Positions 1 to 7,892 of a DNA stretch of 40,912 nucleotides are shown piece by piece (position 1 is the stretch's first letter; the number at the start of each line of letters is the position of its first letter). The stretch is from the IMG/VR virus record IMGVR_UViG_3300011425_000201, positions 1 through 40,912 of that record; one strand, 5' to 3'. The notes under the pieces are model-generated. The model saw only the letters and a program-made list of their open reading frames with translations. It was not told the origin of the DNA and ran no database searches. The stretch comes from a virus. Lineage: Duplodnaviria > Caudoviricetes. Position numbers and translations under genes: made by a program.

Positions 1-113
1 GGGGAGGAGTAACTCCCCCAAGTGCATGGCGGTGGGTTTTCCCCTCACAATTTATGTGGCATTTTCCCCCCCCCCCCCCCCCGACGTAGATTTTTGATTC
101 GGCGCCTTTTCAT
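1..113. repeat. Degenerate terminal overlap with 40795-40912, centred on a poly-C/G tract
   Basis: 37-65 matches 40831-40859 at 20/29 positions ungapped; GATTCG lies exactly 13 nt after the C-tract at both ends; C17 at 66-82 vs ACCCGCCCCTT-C10 at 40860-40880. Confidence 0.75.
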
Positions 114-122
114 GCTTATCCT

Positions 123-1622
123 TTATGCCGTCGATTTCTTGGTCTTCTTCGCATCTTCCCACTCCTTGCGGACCGTCGCGTGGAGGGCTTTGTAGGGAAT
201 CTTCATCGTTTCGCAGATGAACTCGATGTAGGAATCGTCCTCATTGGCTACAAGCGGATCCTCGATTTGACCAAACGAAACGGCCATGCCGACAATGAGT
301 TTGTTCAACGCGACGCTTTTTTTCTGGAACGCCTTCGGGTTTTCGGCCTTCGGGAATTCTCCCCCCGTCATTTTTGCGATGAGTTTACGCAGTTCCGCGC
401 CCTTGCCATAATGCGTGAAGATCGGCGCCTGTGCCATCATCGCCGCGATGACCGGGAGAATGTTGAGGACGGTCTTCTGGTCGGCGCCTTTCACCGCAAG
501 GGCGCGGGCCCGGATCCGGGCTTCCTGAGAGATCCGGGTCTCATAAATCTCTTTCTTTCGTTTCGCCCGGCTGGCGAGCTCGGCCTTCGAGAGTTTGTGC
601 GAGATGTTGCCTCCTCCTTTTGCCGACTCAGCTGCATTGCCGCGCAAATTAACCGAGACGATGCGGCCGATTTCGTCGCCATCCCCTTCGACGATGATCG
701 CACTTACTTTGCCTTTTGCTACGCGGTCGTATTTATCGGCGGTGAGAACGCCGGCGGACTTCCTTCCATAGTTCGTCGAGATCTTGACGAGATCGGGCTC
801 TGCCTCGATCCTTCGACTGACATGTGCAAGCGTCTTTTCATCGAAGCATTTCCCGTTCTTGCAAATCGCCTCCTTGCCGAGGTCGCCGAAGAGTCCGGGG
901 TTGGTCACCGTATTGAAGCGGCATGCCGCACAAGCCCCCATCGCCGGTACGAGCGACGCATCAAGCGTGTCAAACTTCGCAGCGGAGAGTTTTCGCGCGA
1001 GATTGCCGATGCGTTCCTTTAGTTCCTTGATCGGGGGGATGTCGCCTCGGGAGAGTTCAGTCTTGAGTTTCCGGCCGTAATAGTCATCGTCGCCTTTGCC
1101 GGCGTAGATGGCTTCCTGGGTTTCCTTGGAACAGCGTGAGAGCTCTAATGCGTGCATGACTGGCAGAACGCCCTTTGTCACCGCCTCGGCGAGGGGGTCT
1201 ATAAGCGAGGTCAGACTTTTACGCCTTGCGACATAGGATTCCGATTTTCCCACCGCCCTGGCGACAGAAGCGACGTCGGAATGCTCGAGCAGCTTCACAA
1301 ACGCCTGAGCCTCCTCCATTGGTTTAATACTCTTGCTCTGGACATGCGATATCAGCTGTGCGTCACGGGTCTGCTCTTCGTCGACTTCCATGACTATGCA
1401 GGGCACTTCTCTGTACTGAAGTTCCTTCGCAGCGCGGTACCGGCGCTCGCCGTCGATGATCTCATAATGCCCGTTGACGGGCCGTACAGCAAGTGGATAG
1501 ATTATCCCCTTCCCCTTGATGCTCGCTTTCAGGTCCACCTCATCGGGAGCGTCGAAGCTCTTGCGGGGGTTTGTGGCTGAGGGTTTAACAAGTGTGATGT
1601 CGATCGATTGTACCTTATCCAT
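123..1622 (-). CDS. ParB/RepB/Spo0J-family protein with central Cys cluster (ParB copy 1)
   Basis: NPRKSFD...LKASIKGKGIIYPLAVR...IIDGERRYRA ParB N-domain; HTH (VASVARAVGKSESYV); CxxC...C..C cluster; GGAG RBS. Confidence 0.88.
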   Translation of the reverse strand: MDKVQSIDITLVKPSATNPRKSFDAPDEVDLKASIKGKGIIYPLAVRPVNGHYEIIDGERRYRAAKELQYREVPCIVMEVDEEQTRDAQLISHVQSKSIKPMEEAQAFVKLLEHSDVASVARAVGKSESYVARRKSLTSLIDPLAEAVTKGVLPVMHALELSRCSKETQEAIYAGKGDDDYYGRKLKTELSRGDIPPIKELKERIGNLARKLSAAKFDTLDASLVPAMGACAACRFNTVTNPGLFGDLGKEAICKNGKCFDEKTLAHVSRRIEAEPDLVKISTNYGRKSAGVLTADKYDRVAKGKVSAIIVEGDGDEIGRIVSVNLRGNAAESAKGGGNISHKLSKAELASRAKRKKEIYETRISQEARIRARALAVKGADQKTVLNILPVIAAMMAQAPIFTHYGKGAELRKLIAKMTGGEFPKAENPKAFQKKSVALNKLIVGMAVSFGQIEDPLVANEDDSYIEFICETMKIPYKALHATVRKEWEDAKKTKKSTA

Positions 1623-1642
1623 GGGATGTGCTCCTTACGTTG

Positions 1643-2104
1643 TTATTGTTTTTCAGCGATAGCAACCGGAATTCCGCTTTCCGGCTTTTTTGAGAATAGC
1701 TTCTTGATACGGCCCGTGAAGGTCATCTCTTCGATGCGTTTCATGTGCTCAAATTTGAGGTCATCCGAAACGCGCCGATGATTATCCGATGTCGAGAGGG
1801 CTACCAGGAGGCCACGGTATTGTAGATCGATTGCCTGTGCTACCCTGTCGATGTACACTTCGTGGTGTCGCATTGCTGTGACAAACTCCGTCTGCCCATA
1901 TCTTGCGCAGCTGCAGAGGAGGACCGTTTGCGAGCCGTCCTTATTCAGGATGATTCCGATGTATCCGCGGCCGTGGCAGTTCGCTCTATTACAGTGAGCG
2001 TTCGGGACGATCTGCGCAATGATATCTTCGACGGTTCTGACCGGAATGAGCGGTTCGTCTTTGACAGCGGGAGCGGGGACTACGTCGGTGGCCTTGTCTT
2101 CCAT
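1643..2104 (-). CDS. Hypothetical protein with Zn-ribbon motif
   Basis: CNRANCHGRG...CSC motif; fits the operon; GAGGA RBS. Confidence 0.7.
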   Translation of the reverse strand: MEDKATDVVPAPAVKDEPLIPVRTVEDIIAQIVPNAHCNRANCHGRGYIGIILNKDGSQTVLLCSCARYGQTEFVTAMRHHEVYIDRVAQAIDLQYRGLLVALSTSDNHRRVSDDLKFEHMKRIEEMTFTGRIKKLFSKKPESGIPVAIAEKQ

Positions 2105-2117
2105 TGAAGCATTCCTC

Positions 2118-2471
2118 TCAGATGATTTTTAGCGTGATGTGTGGATATTTCTGACGCATGAGCTTCTTCTTGATTCTCCAGGAAGGAGTCTCGAACCCCT
2201 TGACCTCGATATGTTCGACGGATCCGTCTGCCCGGGTGATTCTGAAATCGAGCCTGTAGACGATTCGTTCCGGAGGGGGCTGGAGCTCGAAGTGAACCTG
2301 ACGCTCTATCTTTACCACCCGGACTGAAGGGTCGGTCGCCGATCGCAGTAGCTCGAGGGTGCGGGCGACGTCAGCTTCCCGTTGAGAGTCGTACATCACT
2401 CCGTTGAAAAGAGTCTTCTTCGCATGGTATTTGGAACGATTGACGGGTGGAGCTCCCGGGAAGGATCTCAT
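2118..2471 (-). CDS. DUF1064-family phage protein (PD-(D/E)XK-like nuclease)
   Basis: SKYHAKKT..NG..YDSQREA and YRLDF...IEVKGFET motifs; ATGA overlap with upstream gene. Confidence 0.82.
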   Translation of the reverse strand: MRSFPGAPPVNRSKYHAKKTLFNGVMYDSQREADVARTLELLRSATDPSVRVVKIERQVHFELQPPPERIVYRLDFRITRADGSVEHIEVKGFETPSWRIKKKLMRQKYPHITLKII

Positions 2472-2878
2472 GCGGGGACCAGTTCAAATGCTTCCGTGAG
2501 CTCGCGGCCGGCAAGGTTCGGAGAGAGCGAATTTTCCATCTTGAACATATCCTGCTGAGCCTCCTTCATTTCCCTGATTTGCTCCTCCAGGTCCCGGGCC
2601 CGGGTAACGAGATGGTCTATCGCGACATTGAATTCTACAGAATGGAGGATCCCGAAATAACCTTTGGTGGTCGATCCGACGGGACGCTTTTTCTTCCTCA
2701 GATGATTCATGATCTCCCGGAGCGCGGTATCGGAAATCTTCACGCCTGATTTCGCAGCGCGGGCGATGAGCAGGTCGGCGGTCATCGGCCGCTCGTAGGT
2801 CACTCTTCCCGCCCTGCGTTCAGCGAGCAGATAGCGAAGAACGCGCTCCGATATTTCCTCGAGATCGCGAGCTTTCAC
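2468..2878 (-). CDS. Hypothetical winged-helix-like DNA-binding protein
   Basis: ISDTALREIMNHLRKKKRPVGSTTKGYF wHTH-like pattern; translational coupling. Confidence 0.6.
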   Translation of the reverse strand: MKARDLEEISERVLRYLLAERRAGRVTYERPMTADLLIARAAKSGVKISDTALREIMNHLRKKKRPVGSTTKGYFGILHSVEFNVAIDHLVTRARDLEEQIREMKEAQQDMFKMENSLSPNLAGRELTEAFELVPA

Positions 2879-3063
2879 TGGGGAGATGAATGTCTGAGAT
2901 GGTCAGCAATCATGCGGGAATAGTTGGATCCGAATTGAATCTTCTTTTTGTGTTTACGCTTGTAGGCTAATTGACAACATTTCGTGGAACAATAGATCTG
3001 GCGGGGCATGCTTGGCATGAAACCCTGGGCGCAGCGCTTGCAGGACTTCTCCATTCCCGCCAT
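2875..3063 (-). CDS. Small Zn-finger protein
   Basis: CKRC...F.P...RQIYCSTKC motif common in phage early genes. Confidence 0.65.
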   Translation of the reverse strand: MAGMEKSCKRCAQGFMPSMPRQIYCSTKCCQLAYKRKHKKKIQFGSNYSRMIADHLRHSSPQ

Positions 3064-3309
3064 CTATGGGCGTGGGATATTCGGAAGATCCGCCCTGAGC
3101 TTTGCCTTCGTCATATTCCTACGCTGGTTCTTCACTAAGCTGTCTTCGCGCTGAAGCCGGTATCCATGGGCCAGATAACACCGGCGGCTTGCCTTATCCT
3201 CCCCATCGCGGAAAGATCTATCCATCTCAGCGACCCAGATCTGGCTTACTATCATCCAGACGCCGACGGCCATGAAGATTCCCATCAGCAGATTGAAAGC
3301 TCGTCTCAT
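3064..3309 (-). CDS. Hypothetical membrane-anchored protein
   Basis: N-terminal hydrophobic helix; GGAGGGAAGGA purine-rich RBS; abuts next gene. Confidence 0.6.
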   Translation of the reverse strand: MRRAFNLLMGIFMAVGVWMIVSQIWVAEMDRSFRDGEDKASRRCYLAHGYRLQREDSLVKNQRRNMTKAKLRADLPNIPRP

Positions 3310-3346
3310 TTATCCTTCCCTCCTTCTTTATGTGTGTGATTCAAAC

Positions 3347-3595
3347 TCATTCGAACGGTGTGCCGAGCTCCTCGTCGATCATGCTCATGATCTCGTCGCA
3401 TGTGTAGATTTTCTGTTCGACGATCGGAAGACTGACCCTCATGATCAGCCGGCGGAGCTTGTCCTGGATCTCCGGCGTGAGATGCGATCCCTCCCGAAGG
3501 AGTGCGCCCAGACCGGCGTTGATCGCCAGCGCCTCGACGCCATCGAGCTCGATCGGGATCTTGACCGCGAGGGCGGTCTTGCCAAAGTCAGTCAT
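3347..3595 (-). CDS. Hypothetical protein
   Basis: ATGA overlap with upstream gene; fits operon. Confidence 0.6.
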   Translation of the reverse strand: MTDFGKTALAVKIPIELDGVEALAINAGLGALLREGSHLTPEIQDKLRRLIMRVSLPIVEQKIYTCDEIMSMIDEELGTPFE

Positions 3596-3885
3596 GCGTG
3601 TTTAAGAGTTCGAAGTGATCGGGGGACTTCCCGGTAGTTTTCGCGGAAGGCTATGAGGTCTCGTTTGAGGAACTTGAATCCCCTGCCCATATCCTCATAG
3701 AACGGAAGTCCGGATTTTGTATAGCGGAGGATCTCCTGCTTGTGAACGCGAAGGAATGCGGCAGCTTCTTCCGTCGTCAGCGACCGCTCGCCGTCATCGG
3801 CCGCGGCGCGACCTCCCATGACCTCCATGAGATGGTCCAGCTTCCTGACCAGCTCGTCTATTCTTCCTTCCAAGCTCGGCATCAT
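3592..3885 (-). CDS. Excisionase-like / MerR-type HTH DNA-binding protein (97 aa)
   Basis: LTTEEAAAFLRVHKQEILRYTKSGLPF...GRGFKF motif; start reassigned to ATG 3885, which overlaps the upstream TGA (ATGA). Confidence 0.78.
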   Translation of the reverse strand: MMPSLEGRIDELVRKLDHLMEVMGGRAAADDGERSLTTEEAAAFLRVHKQEILRYTKSGLPFYEDMGRGFKFLKRDLIAFRENYREVPRSLRTLKHA

Positions 3886-4382
3886 TTCGCTACACCCGTG
3901 ATCGGGATCGGGCGCGCCGGCGCGGCGCCATCGAGCGTATTGAGCTCGTCGATTGCGCGATTGACGGATTCCTTTATTGCCTCCAGTTGACGGCGGCATT
4001 TCTTGTAAGCGCCTGGCCCGCCAGTTTTGAACTCGTCGACCAAGGAGCCGAGATACTTGACAATGTCGAGCGCTTCGTCTTCGATCGTGTGATTGAGTTC
4101 AAGAGAGATATTCCGCTTAACTACATCGAGGTTCATCCTGTCAGCCTGAAACTGGAGGATCGCTCTGCCGAGTGGTTGCATCTGCAGCGTCAGCGCCGGC
4201 GTGAGTGATGCGGGGAAATCGCTCTCTCCATCGTAGGAGAGCCAGCGAGAGATCGTCGACTGATCGACACCGAGGGCATCGGCCAGTTGTTTCTGCACCA
4301 GCCGCTTCTCGTGCATAATTTCATTTACAGTAGTTCGCAAGTCCTCCCGCAACCGGGTGACTTCAACCTTCGTTGAGTGCAT
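3882..4382 (-). CDS. XRE-HTH regulatory protein, CII-like
   Basis: QKQLADALGVDQSTISRWL HTH; second gene of the early operon. Confidence 0.75.
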   Translation of the reverse strand: MHSTKVEVTRLREDLRTTVNEIMHEKRLVQKQLADALGVDQSTISRWLSYDGESDFPASLTPALTLQMQPLGRAILQFQADRMNLDVVKRNISLELNHTIEDEALDIVKYLGSLVDEFKTGGPGAYKKCRRQLEAIKESVNRAIDELNTLDGAAPARPIPITGVAK

Positions 4383-4430
4383 GAAAACCTCTTCGTTTAT
4401 GCTTGGTATTGCCAGCTACGATTGCTTGAT

Positions 4431-4625
4431 TTAGGCAGCGACCGATTTTGCATCATCGACCGGGAAGCCCAGGGTGGCAAGACCTTTCCGAACGACAGCC
4501 TCAAACGCCTTTTGAAACGACGGCTCAGCCTCGAGGGATTTCTTATACTCCTCGATCCGGTTACCGAGCTCGTCTGGAAGCTTCGGCAGTCTGTAATCCT
4601 GCTTGCGCCTTTTTGCTTTACTCAT
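4431..4625 (-). CDS. Small ribbon-helix-helix-like regulator in the Cro position
   Basis: 64 aa; strand-LPDEL-helix-SFQKAFEAVVRKGL pattern; divergent from cI; GGAAGG RBS. Confidence 0.6.
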   Translation of the reverse strand: MSKAKRRKQDYRLPKLPDELGNRIEEYKKSLEAEPSFQKAFEAVVRKGLATLGFPVDDAKSVAA

Positions 4626-4661
4626 GGATTTTGATACCTTCCTACTTCGTTATTTCTTTTC

Positions 4662-4732
4662 ACAATGCTTTTCTTGTATGGGAGAATATAATACATTCTT
4701 CAACATTTGTCAAGAACAAAATGCAACAAAAT
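4662..4732. promoter_or_regulatory. Candidate operator array in the immunity region
   Basis: ACAA-N8-TTGT (4662-4677), TTGT-N5-ACAA (4707-4719), direct repeat AACAAAAT at 4715 and 4725. Confidence 0.4.
4685..4713 (-). promoter_or_regulatory. Early lytic (PR-like) sigma70 promoter
   Basis: Minus strand TTGACA (4713-4708)-N17-TATATT (4690-4685); overlapping plus-strand TATAAT at 4687-4692 may serve cI. Confidence 0.75.
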
Positions 4733-4738
4733 TGAACA

Positions 4739-5329
4739 TTGGCTAATAATAGGCTCATAGGGGATAGATTAAGGGATTTTGGTCTCTCCAAATATTCAAC
4801 ATTACTGGCTTTCGCGCAGGCTTTGGGCATCAGCGCTACGAATCTGAACGCGTATTTGGTCGGAAAACGCCTCCCGGGCAATAAGATGAAATTTCGCCTC
4901 CGTGAACTTGGCGCGGACATAGACTGGATTATGGAGGGGAAAAAACCCACTGAAATTTCGAATATGCGACCGGTGTTCGCCGCGGTGCCGGCAGGGAGAG
5001 GGAGGGTAAACGAAATGGCGTTTGGATACGAGGAGGCGCCGCCTGGCGTCGATGACGAAGGAAAAGGTTATTGGCTGCGCGTCAAGGGAGATTCAATGCA
5101 TCCGGCGATACGCGACGGACAGCTGGTGTTCGTCAATCCGAATAAGGATGTCCGCGACAATGACTTCGCGGTGGTCATCTGGAACGAGCATGAAGAGGGC
5201 GCGATCAAGCAGGTGCATTTCAGAGATGAGGACATTATACTGTCGTCAATCAATCAGCTGCACGAGCCAATCGTCATCAAGCGAAAATCAATTTCGATGA
5301 TCGCTCGCATCTGCTATGTCAAACTTTAA
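4739..5329 (+). CDS. cI: CI-like repressor, HTH plus S24 (LexA-type) autopeptidase
   Basis: N-terminal HTH; VPAG Ala-Gly cleavage site; LRVKGDSM catalytic Ser and IK catalytic Lys; TTG start. Confidence 0.9.
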   Translation: MANNRLIGDRLRDFGLSKYSTLLAFAQALGISATNLNAYLVGKRLPGNKMKFRLRELGADIDWIMEGKKPTEISNMRPVFAAVPAGRGRVNEMAFGYEEAPPGVDDEGKGYWLRVKGDSMHPAIRDGQLVFVNPNKDVRDNDFAVVIWNEHEEGAIKQVHFRDEDIILSSINQLHEPIVIKRKSISMIARICYVKL

Positions 5330-5343
5330 AGGAGTTTGCAGTT

Positions 5344-5979
5344 ATGATTGAGAAGCTTACATTCCTTGTCCAGGGAAGCGCCACTGAACCTTATGAGCCT
5401 ACATTTTGGAAGGATGGTGACAACCTGACAACGTCGTGCACCTGCCTGGCGGGTGATAATGGTTGGTATTGCAAGCATCGATTCGCTGTAATGAATGGTG
5501 ATACAACGAATCTTGTGAGCGATAATAAAGACGACGTCAAAAGGCTTCGCCAAATGCTTGTCGGTTCTGATGTCGAAGATGCTAATGCCGATCTTGCTAT
5601 CGCACTGGAGGCGTCGGAGAAGCTTCAATCCAAGCGTAAGCTTGCAGCGCCGAAACGGCGAACTCATATATCGACCCAGGCTGCCACTCCATACTTGGTC
5701 GACCAGGGCTTTTTAACCGGCAATGATCGTACTCACTTTTTTGATCTTTTCGATGGTGCAGATCACTACATCGGCTCGATTCCCGCTCAAGACAGCGTCT
5801 TCCAACCAAAAGTGGACAAGGTCTTCAATTTGCCAAATCTCTGCTCTATTGCTTGGAGAGAGAAAACTCTGGATAAGATATTTTGTTTCATGGCCGGTAG
5901 TGACATTGAGGCCATGATGCGATTGGAAACAAAATTGAGCGAATTTAAAATTCGTCTCAAAATTGCCATGCATGATTGA
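5344..5979 (+). CDS. SWIM zinc-finger domain protein
   Basis: CTC-x8-CKH SWIM signature; AAGGAG RBS. Confidence 0.8.
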   Translation: MIEKLTFLVQGSATEPYEPTFWKDGDNLTTSCTCLAGDNGWYCKHRFAVMNGDTTNLVSDNKDDVKRLRQMLVGSDVEDANADLAIALEASEKLQSKRKLAAPKRRTHISTQAATPYLVDQGFLTGNDRTHFFDLFDGADHYIGSIPAQDSVFQPKVDKVFNLPNLCSIAWREKTLDKIFCFMAGSDIEAMMRLETKLSEFKIRLKIAMHD

Positions 5980-5989
5980 CTGACTATCT

Positions 5990-7003
5990 ATGAGCAGCAT
6001 CAGAAAGAATGAATTCGGCTTCTGGTTCCTGGATCTCCGCCTCGAGGGGAAGCGGTACCGGGAGACACTGGAGACGAAGGATAAGAAACTCGCGGTCGTC
6101 CGGGCGAATCTACGCCTTCGCGAGCTCGAGATAAAGGTACGTTATAAGCAGATTGGGCTTGAGGAACTTTTCGACCTTTATCTCGAATGGGCAAAGCCAC
6201 GCCTGGCAGCATCCTCCTACCGCAATTACAAGTCTATCAAGAAGCGCATCCTCGAAGAATGTTCAATCGAGCATGTTGATGAGTTCTCTCGGGAGAATGC
6301 AGAGCAGCTGATGATGAAGCTCCAGGGAAAGATGACTGCCCGGGGAGCGAACTACTATCTTAGAGCATTGCGTACGATCTTCCAGCTCGCGGTGGAATGG
6401 GAATACATTGGCAGCAATCCATTCACGAAGGTGCAGAAATTTAAGGAACCTTCGATCAAGCCCAGGATCATGAAGCGCTCGGAGCTGGAAGCCTTCTTCG
6501 GTATCGTAAAGAAGGACTTTCCGGAATACTATGACCTCTTCCTGGTCTACCTGCTCACCGGACTCCGGCGCGCGGAAGCACTTCAGCTGAAGCAGGAGGA
6601 CGTCGACCTGGAGAACGACACGCTCATCATTCACGGCAAAGGTGACAAATACCGGCTGGTCCCAATGCTACCGATCGTGCGGGAGATCTTCTTGAAGAGG
6701 GTAGAGATGCCCAGGCCATTCCCCTGGGATGGATCAACGATTACACATATCTTTGGGAAGGCCCGCGAAGACGCTAAGATCGGGGAGGTGAAACTCCATG
6801 ACATGAGAAAGACGTTTTCCACGATGCTCGCCGACCAGGGATTCTCGTCACTCATCATAACGCAATGGCTCGGACATGCCGACGACGAGGTCACCAGGAC
6901 TCACTATCTCGGTCACAACGATAAGCTGGTCCGGAGGCAAATGAAAGCGTTTCAGAAGGCGCTCCTGAGCACGAAGCTTCAAAAATATCTTCAGGTCGGC
7001 TGA
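5990..7003 (+). CDS. int: Tyrosine recombinase / phage integrase
   Basis: N-terminal arm-binding strands; TGLRRAE (R), KGDK (K), HDMR (HxxR), LGH and THY (Y) catalytic motifs. Confidence 0.95.
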   Translation: MSSIRKNEFGFWFLDLRLEGKRYRETLETKDKKLAVVRANLRLRELEIKVRYKQIGLEELFDLYLEWAKPRLAASSYRNYKSIKKRILEECSIEHVDEFSRENAEQLMMKLQGKMTARGANYYLRALRTIFQLAVEWEYIGSNPFTKVQKFKEPSIKPRIMKRSELEAFFGIVKKDFPEYYDLFLVYLLTGLRRAEALQLKQEDVDLENDTLIIHGKGDKYRLVPMLPIVREIFLKRVEMPRPFPWDGSTITHIFGKAREDAKIGEVKLHDMRKTFSTMLADQGFSSLIITQWLGHADDEVTRTHYLGHNDKLVRRQMKAFQKALLSTKLQKYLQVG

Positions 7004-7013
7004 AATCTCGCTA

Positions 7014-7580
7014 ATGTCGGAAACCAAAACGGGTCGACTTTCACGGATTTTCAGCTGGATGCTTACCCTATTTGCGGGAGAAGCACTGAAAACTGCCTTT
7101 TATTCATTCGGCATTGGCGGCATTGTCATCTTTGTCGCATTTTGCTGGCGTCACCTGAGAGACTTGATAGAATACATGTGGCGCTCTCCCATGATAATTT
7201 GGCAAATAAGAGAATGGGCGTTTATAGCAGATTTGGGAATCACGTTGTTTTTAAGCACATATTTCTCCCTTAGATTGCTCGGTCTAAGTTTCAAGGTGTC
7301 GAATCATGTCTCGGATCATGTCTCGGATCATGATTTTTTTTTAAGGGACGGTCTAAAATGGAGGTACAACATCTACAGCGGCGTGGTGGAGTCCACTCCT
7401 TACTGTCCCCAGCATCAAATACAGCTCAACCCGGTGTTCGTTTCTTGGGACTATTATTGTTACTCATGCGATGAATCGGCGGACCATCGATGGCCTCTTC
7501 ATTCAGAGGAGAGGCAAAAGACTTATGATGCAGTATGCCGAATAGTGAAGGCCAAAGTAAGGGGGCATCTGAAAGTATAG
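7014..7580 (+). CDS. Hypothetical membrane protein with C-terminal Cys/His Zn-like motif
   Basis: Two to three hydrophobic segments, then YCPQH...YCYSC; AT-rich; 10 nt after int. Confidence 0.7.
   Translation: MSETKTGRLSRIFSWMLTLFAGEALKTAFYSFGIGGIVIFVAFCWRHLRDLIEYMWRSPMIIWQIREWAFIADLGITLFLSTYFSLRLLGLSFKVSNHVSDHVSDHDFFLRDGLKWRYNIYSGVVESTPYCPQHQIQLNPVFVSWDYYCYSCDESADHRWPLHSEERQKTYDAVCRIVKAKVRGHLKV
7303..7342 (+). repeat. 12-bp tandem repeat (x2.5) followed by T9 tract
   Basis: ATCATGTCTCGG-ATCATGTCTCGG-ATCATG (7303-7332), T9 at 7334-7342. Confidence 0.85.
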
Positions 7581-7627
7581 CGGCATCTTTTAGAAGCCAA
7601 ATGTCGATGAGGTCGCTTAAGAACATT

Positions 7628-7826
7628 GTCAGCCCGAGTCTGCCCAACCGGTATCCGACGGCGTCTTTTGACGCTCATTGACGAATGCTCATCCGCGAAA
7701 ATGCCCCTGCTTTCGCGGGGGAAGAACATTTTGGCAAACTACGGAGCTGAGGGTTAGGGGTTCGACTCCCTTCTGGCGCACTGTTTTTGCCACTTTTAGA
7801 AACAGTCTGCCCACAGTCTGCCCAAC
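7628..7826 (+). repeat. Putative integrase arm-type binding sites flanking the attP core
   Basis: AGTCTGCCCA at 7637, 7804 and 7815 and degenerate GTCAGCCC at 7628, i.e. tandem pairs on each side of the core. Confidence 0.7.
7739..7781 (+). other. attP: attP core: 3' half of tRNA-Arg(ACG)
   Basis: CT-ACG-GA anticodon loop, GCTGA 3' anticodon stem, AGGGG-TTCGACT-CCCTT T-arm, CTGGCGC-A acceptor strand; 5' half of tRNA absent; downstream of int. Confidence 0.88.
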
Positions 7827-7863
7827 GTTCATTTTTCCGTTCATTATTGCTGTGGATAAATTG

Positions 7864-7892
7864 TTGACAATCTGTCAATTTCTTCGTATCAT
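7864..7892 (+). promoter_or_regulatory. Near-consensus sigma70 promoter for the HEPN cassette, with palindrome over -35
   Basis: TTGACA (7864-7869)-N17-TATCAT (7887-7892); TTGACA-ATC-TGTCAA perfect inverted repeat. Confidence 0.75.

Noticed and set aside
7700-7785. Complete tRNA-Arg gene
   Set aside because: No 5' acceptor strand, D-arm or 5' anticodon stem upstream; it is only the att core
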